From Octopus bimaculoides (Eukaryota): DNA of 39,485 bases. Shown here one piece after another: positions 10,611-22,623 of the stretch; positions within the stretch are counted from its first letter, which is position 1, and every line of letters starts with the position of its first letter. Where the stretch lies: assembly GCF_001194135.2 (NCBI RefSeq), contig NC_068983.1:164124665-164164149 (forward strand), written 5' to 3'. The translations under genes were made by a program, and so were the position numbers. The notes under the pieces were generated by a model. That model made no database searches, had not been told where the DNA came from, and saw only the letters and a list, made by a program, of their open reading frames with translations.

Positions 10611-10933
10611 TATGTATGTATTGTTTTATGTGTGTTTTTATATTACGCATGTGCGCGTGTGTGAGTGTACTGACATTTTTAACAGAGGAAGGTATTACGT
10701 AATGGATGCATTTCCTATTTTATATTACATAGAGCTGAAATGTACGTATTAAATAATTTCAAAATATCACTATTTGGTTTGACTTCATTATTTAACTTGT
10801 AATGGAATCGTATGTGGAATCGAACCAGAAGGGAAACTTCTTAACCACGTGCTACCTCTGATGGCTACCTCTGAGATTATCATCTACGTTTATAACACGA
10901 TTGGATGTGTACGTGTGCGCTCGCGCGAGGACA

Positions 10934-11327
10934 TCTTTTACTTGTTCAGTCATTAGACTGTAGCCAATGTAACGAACTACCTTGAAGAATTTTCGTCGAA
11001 TGAATCGACCTTAGTACATTTTTTGTAGGTTTGGTATTGATTCTACTGGTCTCTTTTGCCGAACTACTAAGTTACAGGGATGTAAACATGCCAACACCAG
11101 TTGTCAAGCAGTGGTGGTGTTGGTCGTGGTGGTGTTGGTGGTAGTCGGGACAAACACGGAAACAGAGACACACACAACGGTCTTCTTTCAGTTTCTGTCT
11201 ACCACATCCATTCATAAGACTTTGATCGGCTCGAAGCAAAGTAGAAGACACTTGCCCAAGGTACTGAGCAGTGGGACTGAACCAAGAACCATGCGGTGTG
11301 GAAGCAAATTCCTTACCACACAGCCAT
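10934..11327 (-). mobile_element. SINE family B, diverged copy
   Basis: TTTGCCGAACTACTAAGTTACAGGG..GAAGACACTTGCCCAAGG..CTTACCACACAGCCA. Confidence 0.85.
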
Positions 11328-11344
11328 ATATAAATATATACAAA

Positions 11345-11540
11345 CATCGCTAGCCACTAAACCTTTTCTATTTTCTCTCCCTGTTTATTCCTGTGTTCCT
11401 TTCTATCGAAGTGCGTAGGCTCGAAACGTAAAAGACTTTCTCACTTCCCGAGCTTTAAACTAATACATCTGTTTGTTGTTTACACACCCGTCTTCGTCTT
11501 TTGTTTCGTTTATTTTTTTGTTGTAAATTCCAACTATATA
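11345..11540 (+). mobile_element. Family P repeat with degenerate hammerhead-like motif (11398-11435)
   Basis: CCTTT CTATCGA A GTGC(GTAG)GCTC GAAA C GTA | AAAGA; homologous to 7650-7800. Confidence 0.7.
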
Positions 11541-11575
<35 letters not shown>

Positions 11576-12421
11576 NNNNNNNNNNNNNNNNNNNNNNNNN
11601 NNNNNNNNNNNNNNNNNNNNNNNNNNNNNNNNNNNNNNNNNNNNNNNNNNNNNNNNNNNNNNNNNNNNNNNNNNNNNNNNNNNNNNNNNNNNNNNNNNNN
11701 NNNNNNNNNNNNNNNNNNNNNNNNNNNNNNNNNNNNNNNNNNNNNNNNNNNNNNNNNNNNNNNNNNNNNNNNNNNNNNNNNNNNNNNNNNNNNNNNNNNN
11801 NNNNNNNNNNNNNNNNNNNNNNNNNNNNNNNNNNNNNNNNNNNNNNNNNNNNNNNNNNNNNNNNNNNNNNNNNNNNNNNNNNNNNNNNNNNNNNNNNNNN
11901 NNNNNNNNNNNNNNNNNNNNNNNNNNNNNNNNNNNNNNNNNNNNNNNNNNNNNNNNNNNNNNNNNNNNNNNNNNNNNNNNNNNNNNNNNNNNNNNNNNNN
12001 NNNNNNNNNNNNNNNNNNNNNNNNNNNNNNNNNNNNNNNNNNNNNNNNNNNNNNNNNNNNNNNNNNNNNNNNNNNNNNNNNNNNNNNNNNNNNNNNNNNN
12101 NNNNNNNNNNNNNNNNNNNNNNNNNNNNNNNNNNNNNNNNNNNNNNNNNNNNNNNNNNNNNNNNNNNNNNNNNNNNNNNNNNNNNNNNNNNNNNNNNNNN
12201 NNNNNNNNNNNNNNNNNNNNNNNNNNNNNNNNNNNNNNNNNNNNNNNNNNNNNNNNNNNNNNNNNNNNNNNNNNNNNNNNNNNNNNNNNNNNNNNNNNNN
12301 NNNNNNNNNNNNNNNNNNNNNNNNNNNNNNNNNNNNNNNNNNNNNNNNNNNNNNNNNNNNNNNNNNNNNNNNNNNNNNNNNNNNNNTATATATATAGACA
12401 CATATATATACACACATATAT

Positions 12422-12471
<50 letters not shown>

Positions 12472-12560
12472 GTACACACACATATATATATACTACGCAC
12501 ACAAATATATATATACATACGCACACACACACATATATATACGCATGTATGTATGTATAT
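11536..12560. repeat. (TA)n-rich compound microsatellite spanning an assembly gap
   Basis: Direct reading; N-run 11576-12385. Confidence 0.95.
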
Positions 12561-13060
12561 ATATTCCTAATTTGTCATTTATCAATATTCTCATATTAAG
12601 TAAAAATGGTTACAATTTGTCTGTTCCTTGAGACAAAGAAAATTAAGAATAATATTTTGCACTTTACAAAACAAACGAACAAAATAAATATTCAAATTAA
12701 AATTAATTAAAAATTAAAAAAGCCTCATTTGTATTTAATTATAATTAAATGCAACAATTTATCTTATTTCGTTGAAACTGTTGTTGTTGTTTTTGATGAT
12801 GATGATGATGATGTTGTTGATTAGCGTTCGTATTATTTTTTCTGGTATTTCAAAAGCAATTGATTCAAAGAGGAGTGTATATTGACAGTGATATTTTAAG
12901 CTTTGCTCCAGTGAAAATTAATGCATTGATTAGGTTTAATTAGTTAATTTCCTGACATTTGAAAACAATTTTAGTCGTTGAATAGCACACGATTCCATAA
13001 ACCTGAAAATGATTGGTGACAGTTTTCTTATTTTCACAAGATAAATTGTCATGACCCACT

Positions 13061-13063
<3 letters not shown>

Positions 13064-13110
<47 letters not shown>
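13064..13110. repeat. (CT)n microsatellite
   Basis: Direct reading. Confidence 0.95.
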
Positions 13111-13112
<2 letters not shown>

Positions 13113-13429
13113 GTAGTTTTCTTTTGTCTTCACTTGTTTGCGTGCTTCATCATTTCTTTACCTCCCCCTCTGTCTCTCATAACATAAATACCTATACACA
13201 TGCGTACACAGAAGTATAAATGTATTTGTGTTTCAGCTAAATATAAATGTATGTTAACCAAAACGATAAATATTTATCTAAACCGAATACCAGGGCGACT
13301 TAATCAATTCATTGAGCATTTATGATTATTACAGTCGCCCTTTAATTATATAATTAACTTGATTCATATCAGAACATCAGAATATAGAGAAACGGTAGCC
13401 ATCATACCTCCCTAACAACATTAGTAAAG

Positions 13430-13556
13430 TAATAGAGATGTGTACTTATATAGTTGAAATCTACAGAAAAACGAAAGACGAAGACAGGTGTATAAACAAC
13501 CAGCAGGTGTATTATGTGTGTGTGTGTGTGTATGTGTGTGTGTGTGTGTGTGTACG

Positions 13557-13631
<75 letters not shown>

Positions 13632-13670
13632 GTGTGTGTATGTTTGTGTTGTGCGCGCACACACACATAT
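13430..13670. repeat. Partial family P repeat (minus strand) followed by (TG)n(TA)n
   Basis: AAAGACGAAGACAGGTGTATAAACAAC matches the reverse complement of about 11470-11505. Confidence 0.7.
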
Positions 13671-13676
13671 AATATA

Positions 13677-13906
13677 TACTCTTTCTCTTTTACTCTTTTA
13701 CTTGTTTCATTCATTTGACTGCGGCCAGGCTGGAGCAGCGCCTTTTAGTCAAGCAAATCAACCCCAGAACTTATTGTTTGTAAGCCTAGTACTTATTCTA
13801 TCGGTCTGTTTTGCGGAACCGCTAAGTTACGGGGACGTAAACACACCAGCATCGGTTGTCAAGCGATGTTGGGAGGACAAACACAGACACACAAACATAC
13901 ACACAC

Positions 13907-13955
<49 letters not shown>

Positions 13956-13990
13956 CACTCACATATATATATATATGTATGTATGTATAT
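13677..13990 (-). mobile_element. SINE family B, 3' half plus internal microsatellite only
   Basis: CTTTTACTCTTTTACTTGTTTC..GGAACCGCTAAGTTACGGGGACGTAAACACACCAGCATCGGTTGTCAAGCG; tRNA/CORE half absent. Confidence 0.85.
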
Positions 13991-14362
13991 CTGTGTGTGT
14001 TTGTGTGTGTGTATGTACCGGGTGTGGCATATATATTCACCCATTATTCATTTATTAATAAAATAGAAAGTTTTAGGCTTTGGTTGATAAAAATGTTGTT
14101 GTATTTATTGACAATATTTTACATATACCTTATACCTATAATTCAAAATGGCTACCTTTTACTTTCACCATATCCCTTAATTCCTTATACCAGGAATTTG
14201 TTTGAGCTGCCACATTTGATTAAGGGTAAACAATAAAACAAAAAGAATGTTAAGAAGCATTGTAGAACGTTTGCAGTTATTTTTGCGAATAGGAAGTGTT
14301 TCGGTTTATGGTCGGATAATGCGTAAAATATTATTAAGCAGTAAATATACACGCTGTACCCA

Positions 14363-14393
<31 letters not shown>

Positions 14394-14469
14394 TGTGTAT
14401 GTGTGTGTGTGTATGTGTGTGTGTGTGCATATGTGTGTGCTTATGTGTGTGTATGTGTGTTTACAAGGA

Positions 14470-14506
14470 AGAGACGGAGTTTCGGCCTGTCGACCGTCAT
14501 CAGACT
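14470..14506 (-). ncRNA. Hammerhead-like motif, fourth sequence family
   Basis: AGT CTGATGA C GGTC(GACA)GGCC GAAA C TCC GTC | TCT; perfect core, GNRA-capped stem II, GUC site, but stem I only 2 bp with a U-U first pair. Confidence 0.4.
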
Positions 14507-14884
14507 GAGGTTATTTTCTTTTTTTCTGGCTTTATATAGCTTTTGGCAGGGTCTTCCTTTGGCAACTGGAGTAATGTTGAATATATAAAATCCAAATACG
14601 TATAGATATTTTTATACAAACAATTACACATACAAACACAAGAACACACACACACGCACACACACACACGCACACACACACACACACACGCACACACACA
14701 CACACACACACACGCACACACACACAGTTGTGTTTGTGTTTATGTATGATCTGTTGTTGTAGCTCAATATTGAATTTAAATACTGGTAATGTTGCACTAA
14801 TTTAATAACAAACGATCCCTGTCGCTTGCAAGTTTTCTTTCTTATTTGTAAATACGCTATACCAGTATTTTTTTCACCTTTCCT

Positions 14885-15736
14885 GGCAGAAATACCAAAA
14901 TCCTGAGTTAAGGCCTAATCTTGCTTTCTGGGAATTCCAGCTAATCTTTGCCATTCGTTTCAAAGATTACCTGCTAACTAATGAGTTGAAAGCTTGCTTG
15001 AAAGGTACCTATATTTGAAAATGAATGAGAAGTCTTCAATTTTCTAAGTACAGTCAATGCAGAATCCTAGGTTGCATCAGAAGCTCAGTTTAAAAATAGA
15101 TTTGTTCTTGGGTCCAGCTACCAATTGATTCTGATGTCCCTAAAAATGTAGATGCCTCAATATTAGAAAACTGGGAAACGATCATTTCAAGATATGCTAC
15201 TGGAAGTTTACGGCAGCTTTTCACCGAATTATAGAAACCGTAGACGGATTTCTGAACACTGCATGCATAGAAAAGTAGATTGTACATTATTGAACGTCCG
15301 TCAAAGCAATCCAAATGTTACATGTCAGCTGACATTCTAGTTAATGCTAACGATGCTTTCAACACGACCACAAAATTTTTCAATTCTCTTTAATCCATCG
15401 ATGTCCATCCTCACACTCTGCAACTGAAAGCAGGAAGATCCAGTATATTGCTACGAAATTTCAGAGCTCCAAAACTCCGTTATGGTACAAAATACACTTC
15501 GAAAACTCCTATACCTCGTGGAATTGAAGCCCGATCCCTTGTGACTGGTGTATCAACCAAGATAGTTGTTTGTATTCCACATATGATAACATTAGATATA
15601 ACATTTCACTTTAAACGCTTTTAATTTCCAGTGATTCTGTCTTTTGTCTATGACCATCAGCAAATCTCGTGGATAGTAGTTCCTATTTACTGGAGTTGAA
15701 CTGTCAAGATTAGGTTTCTGCCTTGGTTAGCTATAA
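14885..15736 (+). pseudogene. Decayed Helitron-type PIF1-like helicase (RepHel C-terminal part)
   Basis: Manual translation across stops and frameshifts: LILLSG.F, NELKACLKGTYI, KFFNSL*SIDVHPHTLQLKAGRSSILLRNFRAPKLRYGTK, FKRF*FPVILSF.MTISKSRG, GVELSRLGFCLG*L, in the order of PIF1 motifs GDFRQ, EFLNSL..PH.L.LK.G....LLRN....LCNGT, QFP..LAFAMTINKSQG. Confidence 0.85.
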
Positions 15737-16134
15737 TACGAAACAGTAGGACACGAAATATGCTTTCCAAATCTCTTACTGAATAAAACAGTTTCTGTTG
15801 GAATTTCTTTTGCTTTATGTGCTCCATATCAACTTAGTATTGCATGAAAATATATGAAGTAAAATATAAGGATGCATTTTCTCAAGTTAGGAAACTAAAA
15901 TTATTAATAAACGCAGTCTCAAAGGCCCCAAACATAGAAGCACAAAAAAGAAATTAACTTTGGAGAAATGTCTGCATTGCATTTACTTGAGCCTATAGCA
16001 TTGCAGTTTAGAATTTATACCAGTGTTACGAGGTGTAGTTGCCGTAATGTTCAAAGAATGAAAGATGTGAAATACTGGTGGTTAAGTTCGATCCTAGTTG
16101 CAAATAATAAACAACACTCTTGAATTATTAAAAG

Positions 16135-16760
16135 AATTTTACTTCACCACACAAATATGTTCCATGTTGCTCGTGAATAAAAAACTGCAACAACAAAGTT
16201 TACTCACTGAAAGGACCTTCTGTAGGTCTTACAAAAAGTTGATTGAAAAAGCTCTGTAAATAAGCTGCTGCCAAGATAGAAAATATACCATACTGGGTTC
16301 ATGATTGCAAAACTAGCTGTTGTCTATTAGCTTGAGGAAGGAGCCATTAGATTGACTGTTAAAGGCAACAAAATGAGAACGTGGTTAACTTAGCTGCAGC
16401 CAACCTCACACTGAAATTTGGCGTCCAAAGCGTGCCTGTGTTTGTAATCATTACCAACAGCATCGTTGTCATTTTATCGTCCATCCTCCATGGGTTGGAC
16501 GGCTTGACAGGAACTAAGCAAACAGGAGAGCTGCACCACTGTCTGCTTTGGCATAGTTTCTACGACTGGATCTCATTCCCAATGCTAACCAATTTATGAG
16601 CTTGTTAGATGTTCTAACAACTTCTAGAGCGATGCATCATGTGATATCTCGATACTGACTGGCCCATAACTTGGCCGATCACATGAAAAAGCTGTCGCTA
16701 AGCCGTGACTTTTAAATTGGCAATTCGTCAATTCGGTTTTGTATCTGCTACACTTGATTA
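16135..16760 (+). repeat. Unclassified unit with decayed reading frame, copy 1 of 3 (contains family D fragment about 16462-16592)
   Basis: Alignable by eye with 21476-22320 and 22720-22915. Confidence 0.7.
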
Positions 16761-17339
16761 ACAGTAATTTTCACGAAATATATGTTACACAAATGTTTAC
16801 TTTTTTATCAATATATACTTATACTGTGTTATAATATTCTATTGTTTTATTAAAAAATATATTCAAAGTGATTTGTTTTTAAAGAGAATAAAAATTCAGA
16901 TGATATTTTTAAAAACATTGTTCATATTTTCCATTTGATCAATTAACTTTTTTCTTCCGCAAACGATTTTGGTAAAGTATACCATGCATATCTTCAAATG
17001 TGTAAACAAACACATATACATACAAATACGCACAAGAACGCGCACACACACCCACATACATGTAATATATGCATACACACACGCACATATATTTGTGTAT
17101 GTGTGTGGGGAAAGAGGCTAGCGTGTCTTTGAAGTTCAATGTGGTTTATTGCAGTGCAAGAATCTGATATTAACTAAATGACGAGACATCAAAGAATTTC
17201 GAAAAATATTTTTAAAATGTCCGAATATTGTAACAGACAACATTAGCTTTGTTAATGGTGAAGGTTGTTTCAATATTTAATCTTATTGACCGCTGCAGTG
17301 AAAGGGATAGGTAATCATTGAAATAGACAGATAAACAAA

Positions 17340-17367
17340 CAGAAAGACTGACTGATGGATAGATAGG

Positions 17368-17408
<41 letters not shown>

Positions 17409-17425
17409 TGAAAGATAGATGGATG
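17340..17425. repeat. (GATA)n microsatellite
   Basis: Direct reading. Confidence 0.9.
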
Positions 17426-17513
17426 GATGGGCCCTATCATGGACACTCTCAGGGCTACCACAGGTCTCTATAAAGACTGAGGCTGTCAAGGTTCTTCTTA
17501 AATTGTTACATAC

Positions 17514-17760
17514 TGATAACTGGCACTCCATTGCTTACAGCAACAAAGGTTCCAGCTGATGCGGCCAACAAAACAGCCCCTTTACGAAATTAACGTGTAA
17601 GTGGTTGAGCACTCCACAGACTCACATACTCTTAACGTAGTTCTCAGGGAGATTCAGTGTGACACAGAATGTGACAAGGCTGGCCCCTTTTGAATTACTG
17701 GTACTACTCACTTTTGCCTGCTGAGTGGACTAGAGTGAAGTGTCTTGATCAAGGATGACA
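17514..17760 (-). mobile_element. SINE family C, 3' and central part
   Basis: AAATTAACGTGTAAGTGGTTGAGCACTCCACAGAC..GTGACAAGGCTGGCCCC..GCTGAGTGGACT..GTGTCTTGATCAAGG; CORE-like end; recalled octopus SINE. Confidence 0.6.
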
Positions 17761-18187
17761 CAAGGCCATACTGGTTTTTTCAAATTCACAACCATAAGGT
17801 CATGAACTGAATTCCTTGAACACTGAGCCACGGGCCTTCACCATATGCCGATACTGGCATGGAAAGACATGAACAAGGAGGGAGATCCAGTGATCCGACG
17901 TCTTAGAAAGGAAGAATGAGGCATTGTGCAGTAAGTGTGGCCCTTGGACACAACATGCACCAATCCTATCACTAGCCAGTTGCAGATACACCAGCATCAC
18001 TTGGCAGAGTCAGCCGTCAGTACTAGTTTATTGGTCAGCAATTCCAACCATGTGATTTAAACCAGCCAATGAAAACAAGCCTTACAAACCATCCTATAAT
18101 AACAAAACTTACATAGAAGCTATGGAAGCATCAAAAGATGAGGAGTGTCCTTCTTATTGGCGTGATCTGAATTCAGCTGTCATTGTA

Positions 18188-18309
18188 AACACACACACAC
18201 ACACACACAAATACACACACAAACACACACACACACACACTTACATAGACACACACTTACATACACACACACACATAAATACACACACACACACAAACAC
18301 ACGTGCACA

Positions 18310-18348
<39 letters not shown>
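18188..18348. repeat. (CA)n compound microsatellite
   Basis: Direct reading. Confidence 0.95.
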
Positions 18349-18353
<5 letters not shown>

Positions 18354-18494
18354 ATATATCACGGTATCTGATGTTATAATACATTGCTGGTCACATTGCA
18401 TTTCACATCGTTTTGACTTTTGAATGATGCCGCCCAACTGGTGAGGTGAGCAAGCTCGACACCTCCCCGCCACCACCAGTCGGAAGGCTAACCC

Positions 18495-18615
18495 TTCACA
18501 GGGTCACCAATTTGCAGCAGGCTGGGAAGAAGCAACGTGGAATGAAGTGTTTTGTTCAAGAACACAACTCGCTGCTGGCCTGAGAATTGAAACCATGATC
18601 TGCCGATCATGAGTG
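18495..18615 (-). mobile_element. SINE family C-like head and CORE fragment
   Basis: Minus strand GGTTTCAATTCTCAGGCC (B-box-like) then GTTGTGTTCTTGAACAAAACACTTCATTCCACGTTGCT. Confidence 0.6.
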
Positions 18616-18810
18616 TATGTGTGTTTGTGTGTAACATAACTGTTCTTATGCATCCGTCATAAGAAGTAATGTGTTGCACCTCCATACTACAGGAAATGCA
18701 GTCTACTTTCCAGAAAAGAAGATATCTATAATGGTAATGGAAACCAGGAATGAATTCCAACCTTATGGATTACCTGTTATTAAGAAATGGCACCATGCTA
18801 ACATTGGTTA

Positions 18811-19091
18811 ATACAATTCTATATTTAAGAGATGAGGAATTATGTACATTATTTACATTTGACGGATATTTGTCCTCATCTTGTTTGTTGTTAACAAAAT
18901 GTTTTGGCTGATATACCCTCCAGCCTTCATCAGGTGTCTTGGGAAAATTTCGAAACTGGGTTCTCATTCCTAAGGTATTTTTCGATGTTATTATTATTAT
19001 TTTTATTATTATTCAGGTTACTGCCTGGAATGGAACTCGGAATCTTGGGGTTAGTAGCCCACGCTCTTAACCACTCCGCCATATGCTCGTG
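18811..19091 (-). mobile_element. SINE family H, full length; hammerhead-like motif 18894-18937
   Basis: Head GCATATGGCGGAGTGGTTAAGAGCG..GAGTTCCATTCCAGG; ACAC CTGATGA A GGCTG(GAGGGTATAT)CAGCC AAAA CATT TTGT. Confidence 0.9.
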
Positions 19092-21475
19092 GTTGTTTAG
19101 TTGTTATTTTCATTTTTCTCAATAAGAATCTTTGGTTTCAAACTTCATTCAGAAATTACTTTTATTTTATTACATTTATATTGTTTTTATTATATCTAGT
19201 TGGTTCCATAAATAAAAGTGGGAATTTCCTTCTGTGATTCTGGTATTTTTCTTATAATTTGCTTCAATTAAACAAAAACGAGTAAATTTGGTTTCATATT
19301 GTTTCTTGTTATCTTTTGCAAAACAATTGTTTTTGCCTCTTCAGAATATTCTTTGTAGAATTTTCCACAAAGGAGTCAATTAAAAGATTTTCTAAAGCAA
19401 AAACTATGATGAAATAGCTGTAATATACAACTGAAATAGCTTACACATGAACATATTGGTATAAGATGTTGAATAAACTTAATAGACATATAATAAAATC
19501 TAGATTCTGTGTTAAACATGATTGAAACGTTGCCTTGTGTTTGTATATAATATATCCTTTATTTTTATATACACCCTACAATCTTCATACGTATGCATCA
19601 AAGTATGTCTTGTTTCTCTCCAGGAGCATTTAATTTGTTCTTGTTAAATGTATATCAATCAACTGAGGTGCCATGCAGTTTAAATCCATTGGCAGGGCAT
19701 GCTTGTTTGAGTTGGGATCTATCTCAATATTTTATCTCATTTTCCAAACCCTGTCAACAATTTATTTGCTATAAAACTATTAGCAAAGTATAATCCGTAT
19801 ATTTAAGCTGTAAAACCGCAGGAGGTCCTAATTAATATGTTTTGATCTTAAGGCTGTATTTCAAAGCAACAGGGTTATAATTATTTCTTTGCATTCAACT
19901 AAATATATTGAATATGAATGTAACTTTTCAAGTTTGCCTTCGTTTTTGAGACGAATGGTTTTAGCACCCTCTCCAACCGACGAAAACCTTTTAATCGATG
20001 GAACTTAGAAATACATTTCAAACATTTTCGTTTTATCTAAAATTATTATTAGTTCTGAAGAAAGGTGGTGGATAGCAAAAACTACGAGGAACTAAATCTT
20101 ATATAGCAGCACGTAGTTGTGTTCCTTTAACTATCATTCCAAATGCTGTATGGCTGACATTGTATTTCATCCCGTTGTGAGGCTAATAAAACAACCAGCA
20201 GTGCTGTAATATGGGTTATTTATCTTTCAGTGCATATTTGTGAGCTTTGCGCTGATGTGAGAAATCAATATTTGGTAGAATTATATTCAGATAGCTAATC
20301 ATAAGTCAATATTTACTTTGCCTGCATCATAGGGAATAATAACAGCAGCAGCAAGCTGAGTGAATTGTTTAAAATGGATGCGTTTGACTTATGCAACAAA
20401 TGCTGTTATTTTCAGACACCTTAAATCTAGAACGCTGGGCCCCAGCAATCTCCTCGCTGTATATCGTTGATTTGCAATTGTTAAAGTGGAATATTAACCT
20501 TGTCAATCTCAGTAGCCTTGGCAAGATTCTTAAGGTCATAGGAATTAACCATTTCTCTACATCACTACAGTAAAATCAAAATGTTTTCGATTCTAAACCA
20601 AAATTCTTATGTTCAACAAAATTCCTCAAGTTTCCGTCTAACAAATTTTACTTAAAGAGCCTTAATTGACCTGTGTCCTAGGGTAAAAGACACTGACTCA
20701 AAGGGATGTGCTATGGGATCGAATTTGATGATTTGTAGTTACAAAGCAAACTTAAACACACAGCTACACCTGACATCAGGTCTAGATTAAGACCCATCGA
20801 AATCCTAAGCAATCAAGAGATTTTGGTGTCCCCATATATATATGTGTAATTCAAAATATAAGCAATAATTAACCATGAAACAAAACTAACTGTAACATGG
20901 AAAATAATGTTTAATTTTGTATAACACTTCCACTTTATATTTCAAAAAATCTTCTCTGACATGTTTTTGATTTCAAACTCTTTGATCAGATTGTTACTAT
21001 AACATTATAAACATCTTGAAATTATACTTCCGATCATATGAATCACTTCGATTATTATTTTAGCAAGTATGAAGTGATTTCTTTTGTACTGTAAACTATT
21101 TGCTATTTCTGTGGTGCCCCCTCCTTTCCTCGTGCTTATTTTACTTAATGGTTAATCCAGCGCTACCTGACCTCAAATATAAACACTAATATCACAGACA
21201 TGTTTCAGAAAGGGAGTGAAATATTTTTCCAATCTTAACATAAACCTTTTCTTCCTTCCTTTCCATATTATTCTAGTTTTATTTTCTTCCCCTCACTCTG
21301 TCACATCTGTCTCAAAAGTATCTCTCACTCTACCACAAAACATTAATATGTGTCATGAAGGTTTTGAAGATGGTTGCCACGATAGACAAAGAATGAAAGA
21401 TACAAGAAAATTGTAGTCGACTTGGGTTCAATCGAGTTGGGTTCAGATAGCACAATATCCGTAAACAATTAACAG

Positions 21476-22320
21476 AATTTTATTTCACTGCACAAATTAT
21501 TTTCGTGTTGGTCATGAATTAGAAATTGCAAATAATGAAGTTTACACCCTGGAAAGAATATTATGTGACTCTTACAAGGCGGTGAGCTGGCAGAATCGTT
21601 AGCACGCCGGGCGAAATTCTTAGCGGTATTTCGTCTGCTGCTACGTTCTGAGTTCAAATTCCGCCGAGGTCAACTTTACCTTTCATCTTTTCGGGGTCGA
21701 TAAATTAAGTACCAGTTACGCACTGGAGTCGATTTAATCAATTGCCCCCCCTCCCCCAAAATTTCAGGCCTTGTGCCTAGAGTAGAAAAGGTTATGTTCT
21801 GAGTTCAAATTCCACCCTGCCGAGGTCGACTTTGCCTTTCATCCTTTCAAGGTTGATAAATTACGTATCATTTGCATACTGGGGTCGATCTAATTGACTG
21901 CCCACCTCCCACCATATTTCAGGCGTTGTGCCTATAGTAGAAATGATAATGTAGTTCTTACAAATAGTTGATTATAAAGGCTTTGTAAGTAAGCTGACAG
22001 GAGAAAATATACATGATGGATTTATATCGGCCAACTGCTGAGCTATATCAAAGTTGAGTAAGATCTGCGATAATGTCTATCAAAAACAGCAAGAAGGTAT
22101 GTCTACAGATAAGCTGCAGGCACATTAAAGATTAGTGCTCAAGACATGCTTATTTATAGTCCTTGTTAGGAGAATATTCTGGAAGTTCCTAGAATGATCT
22201 ATCATGTGATGTCTGGTTCCTGATTGGTTGTTAACTTGGCCGATCACATGAACAAGCTGTTACTAAACCGTAAATTTAATTTGGCAATTCCCCAATTTGG
22301 TTTCGAATCTTGCTACATAT
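21476..22320 (+). repeat. Unclassified unit with decayed reading frame, copy 2, interrupted by a SINE A dimer
   Basis: Homology resumes after the SINE; flanks ATGTGACTCTTACAA / ATGTAGTTCTTACAA look like a TSD. Confidence 0.7.
21576..21945 (+). mobile_element. SINE family A head-to-tail dimer (full copy plus 5'-truncated copy)
   Basis: First copy ends GCCTAGAGTAGAAAAG at about 21790; second starts at GTTCTGAGTTCAAATTCC. Confidence 0.9.
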
Positions 22321-22411
22321 GTATAATATCTAGTTACACCAAACTCACTTGCTTTTCCTGTAACCCCATTTCATCTCATCGTTTCACCTCCCAATAAAAG
22401 CTGCATATATT

Positions 22412-22623
22412 CTTTTCTACTCTAGGCACAAGGCCCAAAATGTTTGTAGAGGGGCCAGTCGATTAGATCGACCCCAGTACGCAACTGGTACTTAATTTAT
22501 CGACCCCGAAAGGATGAAAGGCAAAGTTGATCTCGGCGGAATTTGAACTCAGAACGTAAAGACAGATGAAATACTGCTAAGCATTTCGCCCAGCGTTCTA
22601 ACGATTCTGCCAGCTCGTTACCT
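22412..22623 (-). mobile_element. SINE family A with perfect 17-bp TSD
   Basis: TAAAAGCTGCATATATT at 22395-22411 and 22624-22640. Confidence 0.95.

Noticed and set aside
20051-20093. AGTT-CTGAAGA..AACT as a hammerhead
   Set aside because: No stem II, GAAA or cleavage triplet.
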